From Dehalococcoidia bacterium (GTDB taxonomy: Bacteria; Chloroflexota; Dehalococcoidia; Lucifugimonadales; UBA3495), in assembly GCA_965249145.1 (NCBI GenBank), contig OZ252223.1, positions 2,121,757-2,185,756 of the forward strand: a DNA stretch of 64,000 nucleotides. The letters are read 5' to 3'. This document shows, in pieces, positions 56,501-64,000 of this stretch (the first letter of the stretch is position 1; every line of letters starts with the position of its first letter). Below the pieces are notes generated by a model, which was not told the DNA's origin, did no database searches, and saw only the letters and a program-made list of their open reading frames with translations. The translations under genes were made by a program, and so were the position numbers.

Positions 56501-59500
56501 CCAAACACGTCGTTCGCCGCGGCGTCGGAGGCGGTGAGTTTGACCGGCTTGCTCCACCCACCGGTAACCGAATTCCTGGTGAATACATAGGCCGCACCGG
56601 CATCGGCGAGGGTGTTGTTTTCGCCGTCGGTAAGGTCGTGCTGGTACGCCCCGACCACGATCGTGTCCCCATCCCCATCCACCGCTACGGAGTACCCGAA
56701 CCAGTCGTTCTCCGCGCCGTCCGAGCCGGCAGTGAGCTCGATTGGATCGCTCCACGCACCGGAGTTCGGGTTTCTGGTGAAGACGTAGCCCGCACCGGCA
56801 TCTGTGATGGCGTCGCCTCCGGAGTCCGTGCCGTCGTGCTCGGGCGCACCCACCACGGCGGTGCCATCGTCCACTGCTACCGATTCCCCGAACTCTCCGT
56901 CCGTCTCGCCGTCCGAGCCGGCGGTAAGTTTGATTTGCTCGGTAGGCTGCAGTACCTGGTAGCCGGTTAGAGACGAATCGCGCGGGTCATCCCAACTGAG
57001 CGTTACCCGCCGGTTTCCCGCTTTGGCGGACAGACCTTCGGTCCTCCCCGGCTTGGCAAGCATGGGCGTGGCCGCGACGGTTTCGGCAGACGGACGATTG
57101 GCGGCGGCGTTCACCGAACGCACCCGGAAGGCGTACTCTTGGTCGTTGGTCAGATTGAGCACCCGGTAGAAGTTTTTGCCGTCGTCGTCTATTCCTGTTG
57201 GGACGAAGTCCGCCCACTCCGCGTCTGAGATGTCCATCGCGTAGGCAAAACCGGGACTATTGTCGTCCTGAGGCGCGCCTGCCAGGAGGGTACCGTCGTC
57301 TACTGCGACGGAGTATCCGAGCCGGTCATTCTGGTCGGGACCGGGGCCGGCGAGATTGAGCGTCTGGCTCCACACCCCTAACTTCCGGGCAAACACGTAA
57401 GTCGAACCGGTGTCACGAGCGGCGTTGTCGCGGTCGTCCAGGTACGCCCCGACGACGGCGGTATTGCCGTCCACCGCAACGGAGTTCCCGAACCCATCGT
57501 CTGCGTGGCCATTGGAAGCGGTGAGCTTGAGCGGCTGGCCCCACTTGCCGGAGTTCGAATCCCTCGTGAAGACGTAGGCCGCACCAGCATTGGCGTTGGC
57601 ACCGACGTCGTGCAGGTGCGCTCCAACCAGGACAGCATCAACGTCGATGGCCACCGAGACCCCGAATTCGTCGTTCGCCGCGCCGTCGGGGGCGGTGAAT
57701 TTGGCCCCCTTAGTGTTGTCGGTCCAGCCGCCGGTGGGCTTGGTGAAGACGTAGGCCGCACCGGGCCCCACCTCGACGGTCACATCGTTTTCGTCTTGGT
57801 ACTCGGGCTGGTGCGCCCCAACCACCGCGGTGTTGCCATCTATCGCTACCGAATACCCGAACTTGTCGTTGGGCGCGCCGTCGGAGGCGGTGAGCTTGGC
57901 CTTCTCGGTGGCGTCGGCCCAGCCGCCGCTTCCGGGCTTCGTGAAGACGTAGGCCGCACCGGAGTCACTGACATCGTTGGTGCCGTCTTGGTCGTCGTCA
58001 TTGGCGTTTTCCAGGTGCGCACCTACGACCACGGTTTCGCCGTGCACAGCCACCGAGATTCCGAACTCGTCGTTCGCCGCCGCGTCGAAGGCGGTGAGCT
58101 TGGCCTTCTGGCCCCACATACCGGAGACCCTGGTGAAGACGTAGGCGGCGCCTTCGTCGTTGTCGTTTTCATCGGCGTCGTTTTGGTGTGCGCCCACGAC
58201 GATGGTGTCGCCGTCGATAGCGACGGAGGTTCCGAACTTGTCGTTCGCCGCAGGCACGGGGGCGGTGAGCTTGGCTGCTTGGCTCCACACACCGTCGTCG
58301 GCGGCGTCGTCGGCCTCGGTGAAGACGAAGACGTAGGCCGCGCCGGCGTTGCTGTTGCTCCCCGGGGCCCCAACCACCGCGGTGTTGCGATCTATCGCTA
58401 CCGAATACCCGAACTCGTCGTCGTTAGCACGGTCGTCGGCGGTCAGCTTGCTCTGCGCAAGCTGTAATAGCTGGTGCTTGTCTATCGGCCGATCCGTGGT
58501 TTCGACCGTCACATTCCAGTGGAACGTCGTCTGGGTGTCGCCGCTGGTAGTGCCGAGCCCGGTGGGTCGCTGGGGCGTGGCGACGATTGTGACGGACCAG
58601 GGGTTGGGGGGGCCGCTTTCGCCGGCGCCGTTGACGGCGCGTACAGCGAAGGTGTAGTCCCCAGTGTTCAGATTGGTGACGGTGTGGGAGACGGTGCTGG
58701 AATCGCTACCGTCGACGTCGGTCCAACCGTCCCCGGTCACCCCGGGGCTCTGGTAGAACGAATAACCGGCGACGGTCAGCGGGTAGCGGTGCGCGTCCCA
58801 CGTCAACTCCACCTGGCCGACGCCGGTCTGAGTGGCGGAAAAGTTTGCGGGTGCGGCGGGGGCCGAGGTCGCCGCCACCGGCGTTGCGGACTCCTCGTCG
58901 GTCGGATCGCCCTCTCCAACCGCGTTCACCGCGCGGACCCGGAAAGTGTGCTTGACGTTGTTGCGCAGACCCCTGGCTATGTGAGAGTCCGTCCCCGCTC
59001 CACTGCCGGGGATGTCGGCCCACTCACCGCTGAACACGTAGGCCGAACCCTTATCGCTATCGTCCCCAACTGCGCCAACCAACACGGTGTCGCCGTCGAC
59101 CGCCACGGAGTGACCAAACCGGTCTTTCTGACTGCGATCGTAGGCCGTGAGCTTGTCCGTTTCCACTCGGTAGGTTTCGTTCTCTACAGCATGGCCCCAG
59201 AAGCCGCCGGATTTCTTGAACACGTAGGCGGCGCCCGCACCGGAATCGGCTGGACCGTCATCCCAGTTTGCTCCAACCACGACGGTGTCGCCGTCCAGCG
59301 CTACGGAATACCCGAACTGATCGCGTTCCACGCGGTCAGAGGCCAAAAGCTTGACCGTTTCCGTGCCGGTAGCCCAGCCAGACATGGGCCTGGTGAACAC
59401 GTAGGCCGAGCCGGAGTTGGTTGCATCATCGTCGTCGAAGACCGCCCCAACCGCGATGGTGTCGCCATCAAATGCGACCGACCAGCCGAAATAGTCCCCA

Positions 59501-60447
59501 TCACCGCGGTCGGAAGAGGTGAGTTTGGCCGCATTACCAGTAGCGGTATCAGTGTCTATGCTGTTCCACACGCCGTTGGCGGGTTTGGTGAAGACGTACA
59601 CCCTCCCTTTCTTGTCATTTGCTTGGGGTTCTCCCACTACTACGGTGTCGCCCTGCACAGCCACGGAACGGCCGAAACGGTTTCCACTCGACGCCGCCTG
59701 CAACTCGGCCGTCTCTTCACTATCGGTCCAAGCATCGCCGGGCTTAGTGAAAATGTACGCTGAACCATCCCCACCTACGCCTCGCTCAGGAGCCCCGACC
59801 ACGATGGTTTCGCCGTGCACAGCCACCGAAGTTCCGAACTCGTCGTTGGCCGCAGCGTCGGAGGCGGTGAGCCTGGCCGTCTCAGTCATGTCGGCCCAGC
59901 CGGTGTCAGGCCTAGTGAAGACGTATGCAGCGCCAACATCGCCGTAATCGACGTTGGGGTCGTTGGGGTTGGGGTGGTCCTCTTGGTACGCACCAACCAC
60001 GATGGTGTCACCATGCACGGCGACGGCATGCCCGAAGCCGGCATCTTTTTTGCGATCGCTGGCGGTGAGCTTGCCCGCTTGGGTCCAGCCGCCGGCAACC
60101 CTGGTGAATACGTAGGCGGCGCCGACATTGAGGATGGTGCCGTCGTCGTCCCCGAGGGCCCCAATCACCAGGGTGTCACCGTCCACGGCGACCGACCACC
60201 CTAACTCGTCGTCACCATCGCGGTCGCTGGAGATCAGCTTGATGACGCTCTCAGGGAACTGGAAGATCTGATACTTGTCTATCGTCGAATCGTCGGGGTC
60301 CTCCCAGCTCAACCTCACCTGGGTGTCGCCCGCCTCGGCGGACAGCCCGGTCGGCTTGGCCGGAGGGTCTGTCTGCGCGGACGTGTTCAACGGACTGGCG
60401 TACCACGAGATCAAGGCCAAGACAGTGACCATCGCCGCTATGGCCAA
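53521..60447 (-). CDS. 2308-aa cell-surface protein: signal peptide, FN3 domains, about 30 FG-GAP-like repeats, cadherin-type domains, C-terminal TM anchor
   Basis: - Repeats: D.FG.SVAV.GDT.VVGA...D......GAAYVF, alternating with FN3 (P..P.GL...AG...V.LSW)
- Three cadherin-like units (DEN.PPG..VG..ITATDPDGD.LTYS)
- ISWQW...S.W.DI.GA units
- C-terminal tail ISLWWIILMAAGAVAGAAVIYIIVRKR. Confidence 0.85.
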   Translation of the reverse strand: MAIAAMVTVLALISWYASPLNTSAQTDPPAKPTGLSAEAGDTQVRLSWEDPDDSTIDKYQIFQFPESVIKLISSDRDGDDELGWSVAVDGDTLVIGALGDDDGTILNVGAAYVFTRVAGGWTQAGKLTASDRKKDAGFGHAVAVHGDTIVVGAYQEDHPNPNDPNVDYGDVGAAYVFTRPDTGWADMTETARLTASDAAANDEFGTSVAVHGETIVVGAPERGVGGDGSAYIFTKPGDAWTDSEETAELQAASSGNRFGRSVAVQGDTVVVGEPQANDKKGRVYVFTKPANGVWNSIDTDTATGNAAKLTSSDRGDGDYFGWSVAFDGDTIAVGAVFDDDDATNSGSAYVFTRPMSGWATGTETVKLLASDRVERDQFGYSVALDGDTVVVGANWDDGPADSGAGAAYVFKKSGGFWGHAVENETYRVETDKLTAYDRSQKDRFGHSVAVDGDTVLVGAVGDDSDKGSAYVFSGEWADIPGSGAGTDSHIARGLRNNVKHTFRVRAVNAVGEGDPTDEESATPVAATSAPAAPANFSATQTGVGQVELTWDAHRYPLTVAGYSFYQSPGVTGDGWTDVDGSDSSTVSHTVTNLNTGDYTFAVRAVNGAGESGPPNPWSVTIVATPQRPTGLGTTSGDTQTTFHWNVTVETTDRPIDKHQLLQLAQSKLTADDRANDDEFGYSVAIDRNTAVVGAPGSNSNAGAAYVFVFTEADDAADDGVWSQAAKLTAPVPAANDKFGTSVAIDGDTIVVGAHQNDADENDNDEGAAYVFTRVSGMWGQKAKLTAFDAAANDEFGISVAVHGETVVVGAHLENANDDDQDGTNDVSDSGAAYVFTKPGSGGWADATEKAKLTASDGAPNDKFGYSVAIDGNTAVVGAHQPEYQDENDVTVEVGPGAAYVFTKPTGGWTDNTKGAKFTAPDGAANDEFGVSVAIDVDAVLVGAHLHDVGANANAGAAYVFTRDSNSGKWGQPLKLTASNGHADDGFGNSVAVDGNTAVVGAYLDDRDNAARDTGSTYVFARKLGVWSQTLNLAGPGPDQNDRLGYSVAVDDGTLLAGAPQDDNSPGFAYAMDISDAEWADFVPTGIDDDGKNFYRVLNLTNDQEYAFRVRSVNAAANRPSAETVAATPMLAKPGRTEGLSAKAGNRRVTLSWDDPRDSSLTGYQVLQPTEQIKLTAGSDGETDGEFGESVAVDDGTAVVGAPEHDGTDSGGDAITDAGAGYVFTRNPNSGAWSDPIELTAGSDGAENDWFGYSVAVDGDGDTIVVGAYQHDLTDGENNTLADAGAAYVFTRNSVTGGWSKPVKLTASDAAANDVFGYSVAVEGDTVVIGARGHSGKTGAAYVFTKVGGVWGNAPVVSETHRTETAKLTATGGATVDYFGHSVAMDSNTIVVGAHLHDVTEGQDDDSGAAYVFTRPTDGSWADRTEVKLTAAAGSHKFGSSVAVDGNTAVVGADKNAAYVFVFVPGSGMWSEAAKLEASDSDGSEEFGSSVAVRDSTIVVGAYAADIDPEDDDSARSGAAYVFTKPANVDWANDPNKDYRTESGKLTLPTEEGTVEKYDEFGYSVALDGQSIVVGVPEGNDGFGSVYVSDIPQWAFLASGAETTSATVRGLTNGVEYAFQVRAFDFYGEGLPSDIARAAPDAPPNRSPYFIIGSDSATFTIDENPSPGTPVGSALTATDPNGDRLSYSLSGTDAYYFGIDSSTGQLIVKEPLDFETKSVYEVTVRVSDARNASDDVDVTIFVNNVDEAGTVAVSLEQPKVGTALVVSLSDPDGLVSDISWQWAASSDGSSWSDISGANSSVYTPVADDAGSYFRATASYVDRFGSGKSAHVVTRLPTAQRGPSFEGDVTLTVDENTPPGSLVGDAITATDPDGDVLTYSLWGTDASFVVRDGSTGQITVGSGSMLDYESGPTRYTVVVSVHDSRDVYGNDDASVDDSIEVNIDISNVDEAGTVAVSPEQPQVGTALVVSLSDPDVSLSDISWQWAASSDGSDWSDVSGANSDSYVPVSVDVGRYLRATASYRDGHGPGKTAHAVMESQTAQRAPSFDGDVTLSVNENTPPGGLVGEAITATDPDGDILTYSMWGNDAAFFVIDGATGQITVGSGTLLDYETGPTRYAVIVSVHDGGDAYGKDDTEVDDFVEVSIDVSNVDEAGTVSVSLEQPEVGIALVVSLSDPEGSLSDISWQWERSSDRTDWQDIAGASFSNYTPVDLDADKYLRVTVTYADGEGSGKQAQAVLNNPVQRLPEPVARPTVVPEPVARPTVVPSPTPAPIVPVDDGGISLWWIILMAAGAVAGAAVIYIIVRKRGPI
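53658..53717. repeat. 30-bp perfect tandem duplication in the stalk just before the TM anchor of the giant protein
   Basis: ggaccaccgtaggcctcgcgaccggttcgg occurs twice, encoding PEPVARPTVV twice. Confidence 0.9.
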
Positions 60448-61035
60448 TCTTGGGACCGGGAGCTAGAACGCATAGAAGACGTGCCGCCTCCTTAGGTTCG
60501 TGCGCGGCGTGTGCCGCCGAGCTGACTTCAAACCAAGTGCGGAATACAACTCAAGGCTACACGGCTATCTGCCAAACGTACAAAGCTTTTAAGCCCATAA
60601 ATAGCTAGCACATGATATCTTAAAATCCACCACCTAGACCAATAGGGGGTCCTTTGTCTGTGACGCTATGTCGTCGGGAGGATAGTCAGGCTCTTGGACC
60701 GATGAAATAGGGTTTCTGATCGTAACGACAAACTCGAACGTGGTTCTGGCTATAGTAAACTTAGGCCCACCAAGGAAGGCTCGAACCATCATGCGGTCCG
60801 GCGTTGAGGTGGATTACCGGACATCGTGAAGAAAGCGATGTTCGAGTGGATCGACTGGAATTCGGGTGTTACGGAAGCATGGAGCGTCGCGACCACTAAG
60901 ACCGACGGTGTTGCCCTCACAGCGGTTGTATCGCTGGCCGTGACCTTCACCGCCCAGGCCCTAGCGCTACCCATCGCTAACTACGCCCACCGCCCACGAG
61001 TACCGCAGAGTTTTGTTTCTATTGGCTCTCGCCCA

Positions 61036-61506
61036 TGAGCAGTGAAGAGTACCATGCGTGCGCATTGCGGGAGGAAGGCACTGTGCTGTGCTGGGGCAGC
61101 AAGCTGGATGGTCATCAAGCCTCGCCCGGAGAGGGTTATAAGTTCACGTCCGTCAGCAGCGGCCCGCTCTCACGGGTGCGCTCTGCGCGATGATGGCGCG
61201 GCCCTGTGTTGGCGATGGCCATAAACGAGGGAGTTGGAGTCACTCTGGTTGGACCATGACATCGACAACGGTATTCAGGTTCACCGCCCACGAGCACCGC
61301 AATCTTCTGTGTCGTTGCCCTCAACATCGGGTAACGGGTGAGCGGCGACATTGAGTGGACACGATTACCGCGCTACCTACACCGTAGGCGAACTGGTGTG
61401 CAACACATCTTATGAGTTCCGCGTGAGCGCATACGCGGACGGCCAGATCTACAAAGGCGAGTGGGGTGGCGCAGAGGTATCCGCAACGACCGGAGTCTGT
61501 AGCTAA
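61036..61506 (+). pseudogene. remnants of an RCC1-repeat/FN3 gene
   Basis: EEYHACALREEGTVLCWG and DDGAALCW fragments lie in shifted frames. The terminal YEFRVSAYADGQIYKGEWGG is FN3-like. A 24-nt motif CACCGCCCAYGAGYACC.CA recurs at about 60990, 61283 and 61577 (about 294-bp period, or two RCC1 repeats). Confidence 0.45.
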
Positions 61507-61531
61507 GCCCTAGAGAAGCAACTCTTCCCAT

Positions 61532-62170
61532 TCAGGGGATTAGCCGCCAACTCCAGTTCCACCACTCCCAGCGGCATCCAAGTCCACCGCCCATGAGTAC
61601 CTCAGTTTTTGTCGTCGATTGAGAAATGGGGATGGTGTAGCGGATGGTCGCCATGCCAGACGCGACCGCGACCTCCCTGACGAAGCTCCGAATGAACGCC
61701 TTGGACTCGGCGATATCGCTTGCGCTGAGGTACTTGGCCATATCCTTGGCAAATGCGGCTATGGTATCTCCGTCGTTCAGGGTGATTCTCCTCTCCCTGA
61801 GAAGTGCACGGGCGTCTTCCAGGGCGGCCTCCAAATGCTCGTGCCGATGGCGGTGTTCCCGTATTCGGGGGGCAGGTCGGGGACTTCGATAAGATAGTAG
61901 AGCCTCTCCAACCGGCGGCGTACTTCGCCCAGTTCCTTTTCGAGAGTCTCGACCTTCTCCCTTTGCTCCAGGGCGATACCGTCCATCTCCTCGTCGTCCA
62001 TCCTGACCCTGGCGGATTTGGTCGATGATGAGCCGCTCGAACCGCTTAACGTTGTGCCTGGGAGTTTTGCAGGTGCCTCTGCCGCGCTTCAGTAGGTAGT
62101 GACATACGTAGTAGCTTCCCGCTCATGACAGGTAGTGACATACGTAGTAGCTTCCCGCTCATGACCTCGT
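61532..62170 (-). pseudogene. C-terminal remnant of a large serine recombinase
   Basis: Zinc-ribbon piece (YYVCHYLLKRGRGTCKT), a coiled-coil (EKELGEVRRRLERLYYLIE) and a tail FIRSFVREVAV...IRYTIP. No resolvase catalytic domain. Several frames. Confidence 0.55.
62095..62166. repeat. 36-bp tandem duplication inside the recombinase remnant
   Basis: ggtagtgacatacgtagtagcttcccgctcatgac(a/c) occurs twice. Confidence 0.85.
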
Positions 62171-62603
62171 GGGCGATCATCGCCTTAGGGCTCTTCAGGG
62201 AGAAATACGGTCTTGGATAATCCCTCTTGAACGTATGATCGCCTGGTTGGTCCAGTTCCTAGGAGTCTGTCTAATAATTAAGTGGTGGATTCGATAATCG
62301 TTGCCAAACGGGCAGTAGACATTGTTTGGTTACAGGCCATAAGTTGAACTAGCCACATTTGTTCTGTATGGCTTCGACATTCGTCTCAACTTTTAAATAT
62401 TGGACAGGCTCCTAGATCAACAGACAGGCTTGATTCTATGAATAGTCCCGGCTACCTTGCCTATCTTCTGCTTCAGCCCCATGCGCGAGTTTTCCTGGCT
62501 CTTGGGACGGTTCCTGAAGCTCTCGTCGCCCGGCGTGGTGGCGACTTCTGACTTATCAATGTTTACATGCTCAGCGATAAGACGCATGACCTTCCCCCAA
62601 AAG

Positions 62604-63422
62604 TTATACCACCGTCAATGAGAGGTTCCGGTGCAGATCCCGCTTGAACTCCAGCGGGGTCAGGTATCCCAATGAGCTGTGGGGCCGGTCCCGGTTGTAG
62701 TCGGTGCGCCAGTCCTCAATCGTCACCCGGGAGTCGGCCAGGTCCTGGAACCAATTCAAGTTCAGACACTCATCCTGGAACTTGCCATTGAAACTCTCGA
62801 TGTACCCGTTCTCCGTCGGTTTGCCCGGTGTAATAAAGTACAGCCTTACCCCGCTGCGCTGAGCCCAAGCCTCCAAGGCTTTGCTGGTGGACTCGGGTCC
62901 GTTGTCCAGCACCAGCGCCTGGGGTAGTCCGTGGGTCCCACTGAGCCGGTCCAGCACCCGGACCACCCGCTGACCGGTGATCGATGTGTCCACCTCAATG
63001 GCCGGACACTCCCGGGTGAACTGGTCCACGATGGTCAAGGCCCTGATTCTCCGCCCACCCACTGTGCTGTCCTGGACAAAGTCCATCGGCCAACGCTGGT
63101 TGGGTCCAGTCAAAGCCGCCAAAGGGACCGCCCGTCCGGCGCCCCGGCGTCTTCCCTTGCGCCGCCGCGGCAACTGCAGCCCTCCCTGGGCGTAAATCCG
63201 TTCCACCCTCTTGTGATTGACCGCTCCCAACTCCCGCCGTACCAGCGCACTCAGCCGGGGACTCCCGGACCGGGGCCGCAGTTGGGCCAACTCTCTAATC
63301 AGACCCCGCACCACCGGTTCATCGGCAGCGGCCCTACCCTGGTGCCGGTACGTCCCCCGTCCGATGGCCGCCTGGACACAGGCCCTCCGTTCGCTTACTC
63401 CCACCCTTCTCATCGCGTCCAC
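62604..63422 (-). CDS. IS3-family transposase OrfB (rve/DDE)
   Basis: WPMDFV...TIVDQFTRE, LDNGPE and YIESFNGKF.DECL motifs. Confidence 0.9.
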   Translation of the reverse strand: MDAMRRVGVSERRACVQAAIGRGTYRHQGRAAADEPVVRGLIRELAQLRPRSGSPRLSALVRRELGAVNHKRVERIYAQGGLQLPRRRKGRRRGAGRAVPLAALTGPNQRWPMDFVQDSTVGGRRIRALTIVDQFTRECPAIEVDTSITGQRVVRVLDRLSGTHGLPQALVLDNGPESTSKALEAWAQRSGVRLYFITPGKPTENGYIESFNGKFQDECLNLNWFQDLADSRVTIEDWRTDYNRDRPHSSLGYLTPLEFKRDLHRNLSLTVV

Positions 63423-63445
63423 CGCTTCCTTCCTCTGTGGACGCG

Positions 63446-63731
63446 TCAGTACTTTTTTGATAGGGCCGCCAGCAGACCCAGGATGTCCAGCTCTTTATCG
63501 GCCACCAGTTGCTTCAGACGCCGGTCCTCTTCCTCCAGCGCTCGTAGCCGCTTGGCCTCTGAGACCTCCAGGCCGCCGTACTTGGACTTCCACCGGTAAC
63601 TTGGACTTCCACCGGTAATAGGTGGCCTCGGAGATGCCCTGCTGGCGGCACAGGTCACTGACCTGCAGCCCGCTCTCGGCTTCCTTGAGTACCCGGATGA
63701 TCTGTTCCTCGGTGAATCTCTTGCCCTTCAT
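63446..63731 (-). pseudogene. IS3 OrfA (HTH) disrupted by a 19-bp tandem duplication
   Basis: MKGKRFTEEQIIRVLKEAESGLQVSDLCRQQGISEATYYRWKSK, then frame loss. The reading resumes as YGGLEVSEAKRLRALEEEDRRLKQLVADKELD in the other ORF. Confidence 0.8.
63581..63618. repeat. 19-bp perfect tandem duplication
   Basis: cttggacttccaccggtaa occurs twice, back to back. Confidence 0.9.
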
Positions 63732-64000
63732 TTCCAGTCCTCCGTCCTCTTCATGTTACCGGAGAACTCTCATCCCTACTGGTTCAGTTTCAGGGGGAAA
63801 CGTCAGCCGGACCCCCTTCTTTTGCATCCCGCCGGGTCTCCGGTGCTACATTGAGCCGATCTGCCATCTGGCATATTAAAGGGAGGCCGTCAGTGTCATT
63901 GCCGTGGTACTCTGAAGCGGAACATAGTGTCCCAGCCCCCGCTAGCCCTTGTCACTAAGCCTATGGCTAAGATCCGGCGCTGGCCTAGGGCATGCACAGT

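Larger units (their letters stand above)
62587..63805 (-). mobile_element. full-length IS3-family element (1219 bp)
   Basis: Ends TGACCTTCCCCCAAAAG... and ...CAGGGGGAAACGTCA. orfA and orfB are present with an A-AAA-AAG slippery heptamer (plus strand 63452-63458). Confidence 0.85.

Overview
Visibly GC-rich bacterial contig. No rRNA genes or CRISPR arrays were seen, and there is one tRNA.

**Core region (about 1-25,100).** This is a chromosomal backbone: tenA, rplI-dnaB followed by a DnaD-domain gene and a tandem-duplicated DnaC-like loader, uppP, trmH-like, a yacL-like PIN/TRAM gene, ispD, ispF, cysS, several oxidoreductases, an M28 lipoprotein peptidase and an MFS transporter. The yacL-ispD-ispF-cysS and rplI-dnaB synteny suggests a Terrabacteria-type lineage, possibly Chloroflexota. 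That assignment is inference only.

**Accessory region (about 25,100-64,000).** This is a mosaic containing:
- A decayed alpA-to-tyrosine-integrase island, interrupted by an IS21 element that has a clean 4-bp target duplication.
- Three direct copies of an integrase-5'-end / palindrome / upstream-arm module that bracket cargo cassettes.
- Secreted repeat proteins of eukaryote-like type: LRR lipoproteins, an RCC1-repeat lipoprotein, and a 2308-aa FG-GAP/FN3/cadherin protein.
- A compact 9-kb minus-strand operon next to tRNA-Gln. It encodes an N4/N6 methyltransferase, a wHTH initiator with internal iteron-like repeats, DnaC- and DnaB-like paralogues, and a 1030-aa polyvalent protein (C5-methyltransferase half, kinase-like core, R-S-ExE ADP-ribosyltransferase).
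- VapBC, MNT/HEPN, a DisA_N-like protein, two IS3 copies, a DDE-transposase IS, and recombinase debris.

**Main caveats.**
- At least eight genes are broken by single-base frameshifts, five of them in homopolymer runs. Sequencing error is a serious alternative to pseudogenisation.
- A candidate CxxU selenoprotein of the AhpD/CMD family lies at 6691-7068.
- All functional calls come from motif recognition by eye, with no database searches.
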